Source of the DNA: an uncultured Methanosarcinaceae archaeon
Lineage (GTDB): Archaea; Halobacteriota; Methanosarcinia; Methanosarcinales; Methanosarcinaceae
Direction of reading: 5' to 3'
DNA: 64,000 bases
NCBI GenBank assembly: GCA_963727895.1
Contig: CAVSHT010000003.1
Span: forward strand, 267,592-331,591
Shown: in pieces, positions 32,955 to 45,051 of the stretch
How the letters are laid out: each line of letters starts with the position of its first letter
How positions within the stretch are numbered: position 1 is the first letter of the stretch
Notes under the pieces: generated by a model
Databases searched by the model: none
What the model was told of the DNA's origin: nothing
Seen by the model: the letters and a program-made list of their open reading frames with translations, nothing else
Translations under genes and position numbers: made by a program

Positions 32955-35482
32955 ATGAGTTCTCAGGATCATCATGTATTATCATTTAAAGATAAAATCA
33001 AATCCAGCTGGCCTTATACTTTGGCAGTTGTAATAATCGGTTTTATCTCTCTATGGGTCAGAACACTTCCCTCTAATACAGTGTTCTTATCCGACGGGTC
33101 CGTAAGGTTTGCAACTAATGATGCCTGGTATCATATGCGTACCTTAAAGGTTTTGCTTGCAAACTATCCCAACAGAATGTTTTACAATCCAATGACTAAC
33201 TATCCTAATGGTAGTTACATCCATTTTGGTCCCTTGTTCGATCAAATGATGGCCATCACCTCCTTGATTCTTAGGTCTGGGCCATCCCAGTTCTCATCTC
33301 GTTGATACTGTCGGAGCTTATTTCCCTGCAGTTCTTGGCGCATTGACTGTCATTCCTGTTTACTACATCGGAAAATATCTTGGCGGTCATAAAACAGGAA
33401 TTCTGGCTGCTATTTTGATTGCATTTGCTCCAGGCCAGTTTCTATCCCGTTCAATGATCGGGTTTACAGATCACCATGTCGCAGAGTCACTTTTCAGTAC
33501 TCTGTTCATGATGTTTTTCATGCTGGCTTTGATTTCTGCAAAGAAGAACAAGCTGCGTTTTGAAGATGTATTCAATAAAAACTTCAAAGTCCTGAAAGAA
33601 CCTCTTCTATACTCAGTTCTTGCTGGTGTCATGTACTCTGCTTATCAGCTTTCATGGCCAGGTGGCTCTCTCTTCTTATTAATCGCTCTTGTTTACGCCA
33701 TATTCCAGTATGTCTTGGACAATTTCCGTAATGAATCAAGTGATTATCTTGGATTTACTGGTGTAGTCACCTGTTTAGTAAGTACAATCCTTATCCTACC
33801 TTTTGTCCATCCTGATATGGGTTTTTCGCTTTATTACTACTCATGGTTCCATGTCATTACTACGCTTGGTGCAATGGCATGTTTTGCGGCTTTGAGTTTC
33901 ATTGAAAGGGAGTTCAAAAGAAAGAAAATGAAAGCTTATTATTACCCTCTTCTGATACTCGGAGCTGGTATTCTCGGGCTTATAGTTCTCAAAATCTTAT
34001 CTCCATCTCTTTATTCTCTTATCATAAGTGCACCAAACACTGTTTTCGGAATCCAAACAGGGCGGACCTTCTACTATTGGTGAAGTTACTTCTATATTTT
34101 ACGATGGTGGATCTTTACCCTTTCGAAAGCTTTTGAAAATTTCACTACTACAGGATTTCTATGCTTCTATACTAGGAATGGTTGTTCTGGCTGTAAACCT
34201 GTTCAGAAAGCCAAAGTCACATGAAGTGCTGCTTTTTGTCTGGAGTATCTTTATTCTTCTTTCTATTTACAGTCAGAACCGTTTTGCGTATTATTATTCC
34301 ATAAATGTTTCACTGCTGAGTGCTTATCTGGGAGGTCTGCTGCTTGACAAAGTAAAATGGAGTGAACTTGACCAGAAGTTCAAAAGTACTGTAAAGTCTC
34401 CTGCAGATCTTCCTAATGCTTTAAAATTCATCAAAGTACAGCAGGTGCTTGCAGTCCTGGCTATAGTAGTATTTCTGATTTATCCAGTATACGGATCAGC
34501 AATGCAACAGGCAACTGGTTCAAACGATCCCCCTGGTCCTTGGATGGAAGCTTGTACCTGGCTTCGTTCAAACACCCCTGATCCTGGAATGGATTACAAT
34601 GCTATTTATGAAGCCCCTAAAAACGGAGAGCTCTTCAAGTATCCTGATACGTGCATATGGTGTTATGTCCTGGTGGGATTACGGACACTACATCGAAACA
34701 ATTGGTCACAGGATGCCTAATGCAAATCCATTCCAGGCCGGAGTAGGAGGTCGCAGGGTAAGCATTAATGAGACAAACGAGCCAGGTGCTGCAACCTTTT
34801 TCACGGCTCAATCCGAAAAAGAAGCAACTGCAGTGCTAAAAGCTATCGATCCGAGACCTGACAAGATGGGTGCACGTTACATAATGTCTGATGCCAGAAT
34901 GGCTACAGATATATTCGGGGCAATGCCTGCCTGGACTCTTGATACTGATGGGTACTATCAGGCTTACTGGACAGGTAGCGGATATCAGAGCATACCTTCT
35001 ACTCGATACTTCAATTCCATGGAGGCAAAACTGCATATTTTTGACGGAAATGGCTTGAAGCAGTACCGTATGGTTTACGAGACCGAGGCTTACCAAACTG
35101 ACGAAACTGTGTATAAACAGGTCTACAATTACGTCTTTGGAGGAAACATTCCTGCTGTGGATACTGGTTATGTCAAGATCTTCGAGTATGTCAAAGGTGC
35201 AAACATAACAGGTACAGCTTCCTCCAAATGAGACTGTTAAAATAAACACTACAATTCGTACAAATCAGGGAAGAACTTTTGACTACTCACAGTCCACAAC
35301 TGCGGATTCACAGGGTCGGTATGAATTTACAGTGCCTTATTCAACAGAAGGTCCTATTTCAGGTCAGACTAAATTCGTGACTGCACCTACAGGTCCTTAT
35401 GTAGTGAGCTACGGTAATACGACAAAAGATGTAAACGTAAGTGAAGACAGCTGTATTAAATGGAGGAGAAGTAAAGGCCTAA
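32955..35482 (+). CDS. aglB: Archaeal oligosaccharyltransferase AglB, copy 2 (several indels)
   Basis: Same motifs as copy 1 (NDAWYHMR, DHH, STIGE, WWDYG); long near-identical DNA stretches shared with 29923-32452. Confidence 0.85.
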
Positions 35483-35608
35483 AGTTAAGAGTGTACTTGT
35501 TCATTCTTTTCAACCTTTATTTTCCCTTTTTTGTTTTATGTTACTTTTTTGCTTTTTTCCCGCTATCTAGATATACTATTAAAAAAACTACTTCGCAGGT
35601 GAAGTGTG

Positions 35609-36116
35609 ATGGAAAAACTCTATCATAGGCCGCGTCTGGAAATTTGGAGATAATGTTGATACAGATGTGATTATTCCCGGAAAATACCTGCGAACTAAGG
35701 ATATGCAGGTTTTTGCAGCTCATGCAATGGAAGGCATTGATCCTGAGTTTGCTAAAAAGGTAAAACCAGGAGATATTATCGTAGCAGGCAGCAATTTTGG
35801 TTGCGGTTCTTCTAGAGAACAGGCTCCCCTTGCTTTAAAACATGCGGGTGTAGTCTGCGTTGTTGCAAAATCTTTTGCAAGGATCTTTTTCCGAAATGCG
35901 ATAAATGTAGGATTGCCTCTTATAGAAGCTGATATTGATTGCCAGGAAGGCGATGAGATAAGGGTTGATCTGTTAAAAGGCGAGGTTACAGCTCCAGGAA
36001 AAGGCACATTCAGGGGAAGTAAACTGCCTGATTTCTTGCTCCAGATACTTGCTGATGGTGGACTTGTAGCTCACAGGATAAAAATCCAAAAAGAGCAAGT
36101 AGAGGAGCTTGTCTAA
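35609..36116 (+). CDS. aksE: Homoaconitase / isopropylmalate dehydratase small subunit (A-run indel near the start)
   Basis: [23 protein letters not shown] and [11 protein letters not shown]; the YLRT loop is typical of methanogen homoaconitase small subunits; AGGTGA RBS. Confidence 0.75.
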
Positions 36117-36231
36117 ATCTATAAACAAATTGCAATCCGGAAATTACTCATAATAAGTAAAATTAAAATCTCAAGATTACACTGAGTTAAAATAATCTAT
36201 AAACCAAAAATACCTAAAACAATCGATATTT

Positions 36232-37088
36232 ATGATTTTTCCTGATGAGTATAAGCATGTGGGCGTGACAAAATCCTTCTGTCCTGATACTGAAGAACCA
36301 ATCTATTTCCTGACTGATTACCTTATTGCAGAAAAGGAAAATCCACAGACAGATAGCTCCGAATATGTAGTTTATCACGTTAAAAAAAGCGGTGAAGGAT
36401 TGCTCAGAAAAGTTGAAGCTCTCGAGACAATAGCCTCAGGAGAAGAGGTGGTAAAATATGACAGGGAGCTGAATATAAAAGACCGCACGCTTCTGATTGA
36501 AACTGCAAAAAAATTCTGTACCGGCAAAGTGAACACAGTAATTTTTACAGGTATGGATAAACACGTTACTTTTGTTCATGATCCTGATCTTTCAAGCATT
36601 CTTGAGCTTGAAATCCTTGATGTTGCCCCTCCTGATCCTTCCTGGCTTTCCCTGGTTGTGAGAAGGCTTGAAACCAGCGGAATTTTCGGCGATCTTCAGG
36701 TCAGGTTTACTGAGAAAGTAATTGACCTCAGGCGTTTCGAAGGGAAAAATACCGTTTTTCCATGCAGTGCATCGGGACTAGAAGGAAAATGCCTGGATTC
36801 GGATGTACTCACGGAAAATGGACATCTTCTGGTAGGATGCGAGATTTCAAAGACTCTTTTTGAGATGCGTTTTCCTGAACTTGAGTATTCCTTTGTAAAT
36901 ATCTGTCCTTTCAAATCCGAAATAGTTGTGCCCTCAAAACCTTTTATTACTCGCTGTTGCAGGTCTGAGAAATCAGGGCTTGTAAAAATTTCAGGTTTTG
37001 ATGGACCGTAGTTCACTGGGGAGCATCGGAGTATCAGGTTGCTGAAGCTATCCGAAATCTTGTGAATAGGTTGAGAAAGAATAAGTAA
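36232..37088 (+). CDS. Conserved Cys-rich hypothetical protein, frameshift near 37005
   Basis: FPCSASG, GCEIS, ICP, CCR motifs; the tail VVHWGASEY...RKNK lies in a shifted frame. Confidence 0.7.
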
Positions 37089-37556
37089 CTTTTTTTTTGG
37101 ACAGTACAGTTATTTCTTTTTTCTGGAGTCTCTTAAATGTTATATGTTTTACAGGCTAATGAGATATATTACAGGCTACGGTTTTCTTTCAATAATATTT
37201 TTTTGATATTTTTTCTTTCATTTCTAAGTGTTATCTGTGTTTTTCCAATTCTGTCCCTAACTGAGTGAAACAAGAAATATGATAATTCAATTAGCTTTGT
37301 TCTAGTTTTTCCAGAGTGATCACTGACATCTTAGTTCATGAAAAAATAATCCGTTTTATCCTGAATGTTTTAATGCGTTTATATATCTTAAAACTTAACT
37401 ATATCTTGGATACATTTATTATCTATGAATTATGTAGTTTTAATTAATCAAGTCATTAGTTATTTCTCGGAATACGGGGGTTTGAACGAGACATCAACGA
37501 TTCAATGATTTCATGTAAAAATGAGTAATGAACTACAAGATTAAAGTTTAGGGGGG

Positions 37557-37964
37557 TTGGTAATGTTTTGGCTCATGCTTGCATGGTTTGCTGGGATCAT
37601 CGTGGGGATTTTTCTTCTAAAGATCGTGCTTGTAATGGTTGCAGTGCAGATTTCGCTTGCTTATAAAAAAATCCTGGGACGTAATGTTAAAGCAAAGTAT
37701 CAACAGGTGAATGTGGTACCTGACTGGGTTAAAGCTCTCGCGGATAGTAATATATACCAGCGCTATTCAATTGATCCTCCACGCATTGTTCCACATCCGG
37801 CGTTTTACAGAAATGGATTCAAATTTTTCAATGAAGGTCACGACGAGTATGCAGTCTCTTATGATGGCACCGGTAAATATACTGTATATAGAAAAGTAAG
37901 GTCAGAGACATCTGGCAATAAAACTAAATCAGTAGTTAAGGCAAGATCTAAAATTAAGGTATGA
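37557..37964 (+). CDS. Hypothetical protein with an N-terminal transmembrane helix
   Basis: 135-aa ORF, hydrophobic N-terminus, GGGGG RBS. Confidence 0.6.
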   Translation: MVMFWLMLAWFAGIIVGIFLLKIVLVMVAVQISLAYKKILGRNVKAKYQQVNVVPDWVKALADSNIYQRYSIDPPRIVPHPAFYRNGFKFFNEGHDEYAVSYDGTGKYTVYRKVRSETSGNKTKSVVKARSKIKV

Positions 37965-38277
37965 GCCAGACAGAATTATCTCCTTACGACTACACTTTAT
38001 CACTGTTTGTTCTTATCCTATTACGCAAATCCTTCAATCTTGGTTTGCTTGCAATTTTCAAGGTTTCTTTTTTCTATTTTTCTAAACTTATTTTTTATTA
38101 TGTAGTCCTTACAAGAAACATAGTTTTAAATCTGATTGCAGATTTATGACCTCAGCAAAGAGGCAACGCTCACGTTATATAAACTTCCTACTATTTTCGA
38201 TTTTCAAAATTATTGTGTTCTAAGTATCTAAGTATCTAGAAAGATTTCACTTAAAATGAAACTGGAGTAATTACTTA

Positions 38278-38837
38278 ATGTCTTTCTTTACGAATTTCCT
38301 ATTAGGACTCGGACTTTCAATGGATGCATTTGCTGTTTCCATGTCCAGCGGTACTACGATACGGTCTTTCCGGCTTACTGATGCTCTTAAGCTGGCTTTC
38401 TTCTTTGGAGGATTTCAGGCTTTTATGCCTGTGCTTGGATGGCTTGGGGGAAGTGCAGTAAGCGGCTTTGTCTCGGATTATGCTCCCTGGATTGCTTTTT
38501 TGCTTCTTGCCTTTATCGGAGGCAAAATGATTTATGAGGCTATTTACGGCGATCCAGATGGAAAGGTAAATTCCCTAAATTATTCAATGCTTTTGATGCT
38601 TGCAATCGCTACAAGTATAGATGCTTTTGCTGTGGGAATTAGCTTTGCCTTTCTCAATACTCCGATTCTCGAACCTGTGATTATAATAGGCTGTGTGACT
38701 TTCTTCATGTCCTTCTGCGGAGCAATTTTAGGGTACAGAATATGCCATTTTTTGAGCATGAAGTAGAGATTATCGGAGGTCTTATTCTTATCGGACTCGG
38801 CGGGAAAATTCTTGCCGAACATCTGTTATTGATTTGA
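38278..38837 (+). CDS. mntP: Manganese efflux pump MntP family (T-run indel near 38750)
   Basis: GLSMDAFAVS, FFGGFQAFMP, IATSIDAFAVG; tail EIIGGLILIGLGGKIL in a shifted frame. Confidence 0.85.
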
Positions 38838-38900
38838 GAAAACTCGAATGTCTAAGAAAGTTACGCCAGATTCATATATCCTGAATAAAATGCAGTTACT

Positions 38901-39894
38901 ATGAAAATAGCTGTAATCGAAGGTGATGGGATAGGCAGAGAGGTAATCCCTGCTGCTGTCAAAGTCCTCGACGCTTTCGGACTTAATTTTGAGAAAGTAC
39001 CTCTTGAAATTGGATACACACGTTGGGAAAGAACAGGAACTGCAATTTCGCGTGATGATATAGAAACTTTAAAAGGGTGTGACGCTATCCTTTTTGGGGC
39101 AATTACCACTGTCCCTGACCCTAATTACAAAAGCGTGCTCCTGACAATCCGAAAAGGATTGGAACTATATGCTAATATTAGACCTGTAAAACCTCTTCCA
39201 GGTATAACCGGGGTTACTGGGAAAAGTAATTTTGATTTTATTATTGTTCGGGAAAATACTGAAGGACTTTATTCGGGTATCGAGGAGATAGGCTCTGAGA
39301 CTTTCCTGGACAAAAAGAATTGTTACCCGAAAAGGTTCTGAAAGAATTGCAGAATATGCCTGTAAACTTGCAAAGAAAAGGAAAAATAAGCTGACTATTG
39401 TTCATAAATCCAATGTCCTGAAATCCGACAAACTTTTCCTTGATATTTGCAGGCAGACTGCTAGCACTAATGGAATAGAATATGAAGATATGCTGGTTGA
39501 CTCGATGGCTTACAGTCTTATGATGCATCCTGAAAAATATGATGTTGTGGTTACAACAAACATCTTCGGAGATATTTTGAGTGATATGTGTGCAGCTCTT
39601 GTCGGAAGCCTTGGTCTTGTTCCAAGTGCCAATATAGGAGAGAAGTATGCTTTTTTCGAGCCTGTACACGGTAGTGCACCCGATATTGCCGGAAAAGGTA
39701 TTTCAAATCCACTTGCTGCAATCCTTTGCGTAAAGATGATGCTGGAATGGATTGGCGTATCTGAATCTCAAATTATTGATGAAGCAATAGCCTTTGTGCT
39801 GCAGAAGAAGATTATAACTCCTGATTTGGGAGGAACAGCTAACACAATGGAAGTCGGAAATGCGGTTGCAGAATATGTAATGAGAAATCTGTAA
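38901..39894 (+). CDS. aksF: Homoisocitrate / isopropylmalate dehydrogenase family (indel near 39300)
   Basis: EGDGIG, YANIRP, VRENTEGLY, VHKSNV, NIFGDILSD, FEPVHGSAPDIAGKG; aksF inferred from proximity to aksE. Confidence 0.7.
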
Positions 39895-40073
39895 CGAAAT
39901 TAATACAATTTAACCATGTAATGGTATAAAATGGAAAAGTTTTATTTACTTGTCAAAGGAGGGTTTTTAATGTTTTACTTCCCTTTCTTATAACAATAAA
40001 CAGTCATATTGTTATCAAAAATGGCTGCACTTAAATTATGAACTTAAATTATGATGTACTTATAGTGGAGTGA

Positions 40074-40705
40074 ATGGGGGGTTTCATTTTGCGTCAATTT
40101 TTCGATGTCTCATTGCCTATTAAGGAAAAAATGGTTGTATATCCGGGAAAGCCAGAACCTTCGATTGAAAGGTATGCTTCTGTCCCGAAGGATAAGGTAA
40201 ACGAATCTATCTTGACTCTTGGAAGCCATACAGGTACTCATGTTGAATCCAGGTTACATCTTCAGGATGGAAAAGAAGGAGTAGCTGATCGCCTCTTGAC
40301 CATTTTTATGGGAAATGCAGGGTTCTTGATCTTACACTGGTAGAACATGAAATTCACAGGCAATATCTTGAGGATTTTGAGATCGAACCTGAAGATATAG
40401 TGCTTCTCAAGACTAGAAACTCGACCCTTGGGTACGTGAAATTCTTTGAAAATTATGTTCACCTTAAAATGGATGCAGCTGAATATCTTGTCAATGCCAG
40501 AATAAAAACTCTTGGATTTGATTACTTGAGCGTTAAAAAGCCTGACGGGGATGATGAAGTTCGCGAGCTTCTTATAAATAATACAACTTTGTTTTTAGGA
40601 CTCAACCTAGCTGGCATTCAAGAAGGAGAATATACGTTCTTAGGGCTGCCTCTTCGTATATATGCGGATGGAGCACCAGCTAGAGTGATACTGATTAGAG
40701 AATAA
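40074..40705 (+). CDS. Cyclase (kynurenine formamidase-like) family protein, frameshifted or degenerate
   Basis: YPG, HTGTHVES, LLKTRNS, GFDYLSV, LPLRI..DGAPARVIL. Confidence 0.7.
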
Positions 40706-41071
40706 TTGGATTGATACTGATAATAATTCTAGTAAGTGCAGTCCACGAAATAAAAAATCATATTGTGATTTTAGATTAATTTTTATGTAGAATTCAGGTA
40801 AAACATGTTGAAATGGAACTGTTGAAAAGTGAATTTCTTTCCGCCTTGAATTTTTGTTTTTATTTTTATTTTCCTATCTTTTTTAAGGTTTAAGCTTTAA
40901 TTATCTGATCTCATTATTTTTTTATATCTTTATATTTATTTCTTCACTTATTTATTCTTGAAATTTACTTTTCAACGGTCCAGTTCTTTAGGAGATTTGC
41001 AACTTTTAATTTGCAGTTACTGGTCGGTTCAAATTTATTTCAGACTAGCAGTCACTGAAACAAAGTGGGGT

Positions 41072-41209
41072 TTATATATTTGCTGCTGGAGCCTTTAATT
41101 TAAGTGTAGATGTATCTCCAAGGTACTCTGATTGATTTATGTTTCTATAACTTTCAAACTGCTCATAATATTGAGCACGTTCGATCAATCCTTTGAATAT
41201 TTCCTCCAT
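41072..41209 (-). CDS. Small hypothetical protein (45 aa)
   Basis: MEEIFKGLIERAQYYEQFESYRNINQSEYLGDTSTLKLKAPAANI, preceded by a strong AGGTGA RBS. Confidence 0.5.
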   Translation of the reverse strand: MEEIFKGLIERAQYYEQFESYRNINQSEYLGDTSTLKLKAPAANI

Positions 41210-41614
41210 TGTATTCACCTCTATTCCCAAAAACTACCCCAGTACTTATTAATCTCAGCCTAGCAGGTTGAAAGTATTCTTCGTAGGGTTTCAAAAAAAA
41301 GTTTTAGCTCTAAGCTATCGAAGTTGAATACTTTTTCAGAAAACGTTCAAAAAATATATGTAATAATAAATGTTAACAGGAGAGCTTGTTATCATAAGAG
41401 CTATAATTTAATATTATTAATACTTTTTTGACATCTACAAGCTGTTCTCTTAGCTTTTTTAATTAATCAATTTCTTTTATATTGGCTATTTAAGAGTAGT
41501 AAACCGTGAAAACTTTCTTTTTCCAATAATTGAGTTTGCCAATGTCCAACGTAAATCTCTTATCTATCTCTTATCTATCTGTTTTTCTCTATTTACTCAT
41601 AAATATCTGACTTT

Positions 41615-42121
41615 TCAGGTCTGCATCCGGAAACTGGTAATCTCTTCCAGGAAACTATCGATTAATTCGTAATGTCCTCTTTCGTATCTTGCCAGCATCT
41701 CAAAGAACTTTTTCAGATCTTCATTTTCTACTTTTTTTGCAACTTCTGTATAAAAATCTTCGCTCTTTCTTTCATGCCTGAGGGCTCCAAGAAGGATGCC
41801 TGCATCTCCAAGCGTAATTTCTCCACCTTTTATACTACCTATATCAAATTCAGGAGTGAAAGACTGGCCACTTGGAATTCCTATACTGGTTACAGGCAGT
41901 TCTTTCTTATCCCGATACTCTTCAAGATATCTAAGATGTTTTATCTCTTCATTTGCCAGATGTTCGTAAAGCTCCTTAAATTTAGGGCTGTCCATTAAAG
42001 CAGCTTTACTCAGGTAAAAGTCCTCTGCTTCTTTTTCTCTCTCGATTGCTAGAGCTACAGCTTCTTCAATTCCTTTAAGATTTTTTACTTCCTCTATCAC
42101 ATTTTGATACTCGCTTTTCAT
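41615..42121 (-). CDS. Ferritin/rubrerythrin-like diiron protein
   Basis: Duplicated AIEREKEAEDFY...EEIKH / LRHERKSEDFY...YERGH ExxH motifs. Confidence 0.85.
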   Translation of the reverse strand: MKSEYQNVIEEVKNLKGIEEAVALAIEREKEAEDFYLSKAALMDSPKFKELYEHLANEEIKHLRYLEEYRDKKELPVTSIGIPSGQSFTPEFDIGSIKGGEITLGDAGILLGALRHERKSEDFYTEVAKKVENEDLKKFFEMLARYERGHYELIDSFLEEITSFRMQT

Positions 42122-42166
42122 ATCTCTTCCCCCTTTATGACATTTTATCTCTCAGATTTTTCATCT

Positions 42167-42802
42167 TTAAGGTTTCCTAACTTCTTCTTTAACTTTCTTT
42201 TTTCGTTCCTTTATCTTCAAGATTACATCTTCAGAAGGTATCTCAAGCCCAAATATGCCATATATATCATAGGGACTTGCAAGTACAATGATTTTTTCCA
42301 TCTGGGCAAGTTTTTCTGAGTTTGTAACATCTACTTCACGCATACTGAGTTCAAAGGCTTTACCATTAGGTGCAGATGTTTTCACACTTCCTCTTTTCTG
42401 GTCTACAGGCAGGATGAAAATAGGTGTATTTCCTTTTGCAGTCTGAGATACCGCATTTGTAACAAGAGTGTCTGCGATTCCATAAACGATTTTTGCCACT
42501 GTATTAGCAGTCGCAGGTGCTATCAGCAGAAAATCGTAGTATCCCATTTGAAGCGGACCTGCAATGAAAGGGGAATTAGGACCAGCATCTACTTTAAAAT
42601 TGGGAAAATCTTTCTGGATATTGTCCCACAAGTGATACCATTTCATTACGGTTTCGCCCTCTTTGGACAGAAAAACCATTGTTTCGACCCCTGTTTTCAT
42701 CTTAATATCAACCAGAATGCTGTACGTCTCAATCATCTGGTCGCCCGAACCTGTTATCCCCCATGCTATTCTTTTGATTTTCTTATTTAATGGTTCTACC
42801 AA
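42167..42802 (-). CDS. afpA: Archaeal flavoprotein AfpA (HFCD family)
   Basis: IAWGITGSG, APATANTVAKIVYGIADTLVTN, ILPVD. Confidence 0.85.
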   Translation of the reverse strand: MVEPLNKKIKRIAWGITGSGDQMIETYSILVDIKMKTGVETMVFLSKEGETVMKWYHLWDNIQKDFPNFKVDAGPNSPFIAGPLQMGYYDFLLIAPATANTVAKIVYGIADTLVTNAVSQTAKGNTPIFILPVDQKRGSVKTSAPNGKAFELSMREVDVTNSEKLAQMEKIIVLASPYDIYGIFGLEIPSEDVILKIKERKKKVKEEVRKP

Positions 42803-42901
42803 AATAACTCCTCCTCAAGTAATTTTGTCAAATTAAGGATTTTTCTATTTTGATTAATCTGAAATATAAAATATTCTTAGTTATCTATTTAATTTTAAAG
42901 T

Positions 42902-43588
42902 TTACATCTTGACTTCATCTTTTGGTTTTTCAGGTTTTGGGGACTCGAATTCTCTTTCTATGGAAGCATTTTTTATAAATTGAGCTGTCTGGATAAGTTT
43001 TTTTAAGGTTCTTCTTAGGCTTCTCATACCTTCGGAATCTTCTGAAACACCTTCGGCTCCTTTGTCCTTTGACCAAAATGTTCCTCCCATGTTAGCCCCA
43101 AAAGAACCTCCTCCCACAGGTATCATTTCATTAATCACATAAAAGTTCAGGATGGTCTGGATTGCAGGTTCCTGTCCACCGATCCTGTCTCCTCCATCTG
43201 CGATTCCCATTCCCACCTTATTCAAAAAAACTTTAGGGTCTTTGGCAACCACGGCTCTACATCTATCCATTATTGTTTTAGTCTGGGCGCTCAGTGTTCC
43301 CTGATAAACCGGAGTTCCAATAATCCATGCATCTGCCCAAATCATTTTGTCATAAAGTTCAGCTGAGATATCATCTTTGTGAATGCAGCCTTCTTTTGTT
43401 CTTATACAGGAGTCGCAGTGAATACAAAAATTTAGTTTTTTTCCTTTGGAAGAAAAATATTTAGTTTCTGCACCATATTTTTCTTCTGCGATTTTCAGCG
43501 CTTCTCGGACTATAAAGTCAGTTGCCATATTCCTGGGACTTCCTGATATTCCGAGAATCTTTATCGTTTTAGCCTCATTATTTTGCAT
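42902..43588 (-). CDS. Iron-sulfur flavoprotein (Isf/flavodoxin family)
   Basis: ISGSPR, CIHCDSCIRTKEGC cluster motif, GTPVY, RIGGQE; ATG after GGAGGGG. Confidence 0.88.
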   Translation of the reverse strand: MQNNEAKTIKILGISGSPRNMATDFIVREALKIAEEKYGAETKYFSSKGKKLNFCIHCDSCIRTKEGCIHKDDISAELYDKMIWADAWIIGTPVYQGTLSAQTKTIMDRCRAVVAKDPKVFLNKVGMGIADGGDRIGGQEPAIQTILNFYVINEMIPVGGGSFGANMGGTFWSKDKGAEGVSEDSEGMRSLRRTLKKLIQTAQFIKNASIEREFESPKPEKPKDEVKM

Positions 43589-43965
43589 GTCCCCTCCAAA
43601 TTGCAAGTAAAAATTACGTCTCTACTTGAATATATCTATATGCTGGTATACTTCTTAGACAAATTATTTTATGCATGGTATTTTTATCTAATCTTTAAAT
43701 TTCTTTGCCTTTGTCAATCAGGTCCCCTATATTAGTTGACAATTAAGTCTGATAAAAAGACTATTTATGTATATATTGTAATATTTTTCCTTTTTTAAAA
43801 AACAATCTGCTCTCTATATATAGGTTGAAGGCATGTGCCGAAAAATTAATATGTACGCACAAAGGCCCAAGCAGCTATGAGTTTTGAAAAACAGAAACTT
43901 ATATGTTTTCTTTAAATGTTAATTCTAAAATTTCAATAAACAGGGTGAGGAACAAAAAATAATGT

Positions 43966-44018
43966 CGCTACTTGACATCTAATTGTGATCAAAAAAACGC
44001 TACTTGACATCTAATTGT
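43966..44018. repeat. 21-bp direct repeat CGCTACTTGACATCTAATTGT, two copies
   Basis: Copies at 43966-43986 and 43998-44018, about 30 bp from the IS1 end; possibly IS-end remnants. Confidence 0.7.
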
Positions 44019-44047
44019 AAGCTAAAAAACTTATCAGTATAATAAAT

Positions 44048-44802
44048 GGCATTGTTACTCAAATATATCTAGTTCTTTATTTCTGTATTTCATCAATGGA
44101 ATAACCGAGTACTTTAGCATTTCAAGACTCTTCGTATAACACTTTGTCTTTCTTCTCAACCTTGCCAAAAAGTGCCTCAATATGCTGTTATATCCCTCAA
44201 CTGTAAATGTTTCTGCTTTTGATTGAGTATGAATCGTTTCTGGAAGAAACTCTGCATATGCCCTCCAGTAATCGGTCATCACTTCTCCAATCTCTTTTTT
44301 CTTCAATTTTTCCCAGAATAGTTTTCCAGTTTCCGTTCCTCTGCTACCAAAAGAGCAGTTGATGAACTTTTTCCCAACTCTATCAACAGCAATCCAGATC
44401 CAGCAATATTTTTTTGTTACCTATGTAAGTGTGCATTTCATCTATTTCAACAATAGATATCTCATTTTCACTTTTTAGGTCCTCTAACTCCTGACCAAAT
44501 TTCTTTATCCATCTTTGGACAGAAACATGACTCACCCCTAAAACTCTTCCTATTGAACGAAAGCCCAATCCTTCAAGGTAAAGTTGTAAAGCCTGTTTTT
44601 TAACAGAGGCGGAAAAAGCAGTTGATTTTAACTCTACTGTATAGTTATATCCACAATCATGGCATTTGTAGCGTTGACGCCCACCAACTATACCGTTCTT
44701 TTTGTGACTGGAACTATTGCATCTGGGGCAGTTCATGAAGAAATATACTTTCTAAGAAATATACTTTCTAATAGTATATAACTATGTTTAAGTATCAATG
44801 CC
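44048..44802 (-). mobile_element. IS1-family insertion sequence, copy 2 (755 bp)
   Basis: Terminal inverted repeats GGCATTGTTACT / AGTATCAATGCC; 8-bp target duplication TAATAAAT; InsA 44383-44736 and InsB open to 44055; 16-bp tandem duplication just upstream of the ATG. Confidence 0.95.
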
Positions 44803-45051
44803 TAATAAATATCTTTATCAAATTTCAAAAAAATACAGATATTTATATTGTTTTATTCTAAAAACTCCTTTTGTTAAAAAATCGGATTCTCGTTATTTAC
44901 TATATACTCTAAAAGTCCACTATACAAAGTATAAGAACTTAAAGTTCACTTTAAAGCAGTCAACTTTTAAATCTTATTTTAATATGTTCGGAAAATAAAT
45001 TGGATTGAATCTCAGTTAATGAACTGAGAGTTTTCCAATTAATAATATTTC

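Noticed and set aside
37009..40343. TAG-ending track ORFs (36232-37011, 38278-38766, 40074-40343; also 26374-27381) as further pyrrolysine candidates
   Set aside because: In each case the family-like sequence continues in a different frame, so an upstream indel explains the TAG.
6690..44802. Composite transposon bounded by the two IS1 copies
   Set aside because: Each copy has its own matching 8-bp target duplication, which indicates independent insertions.
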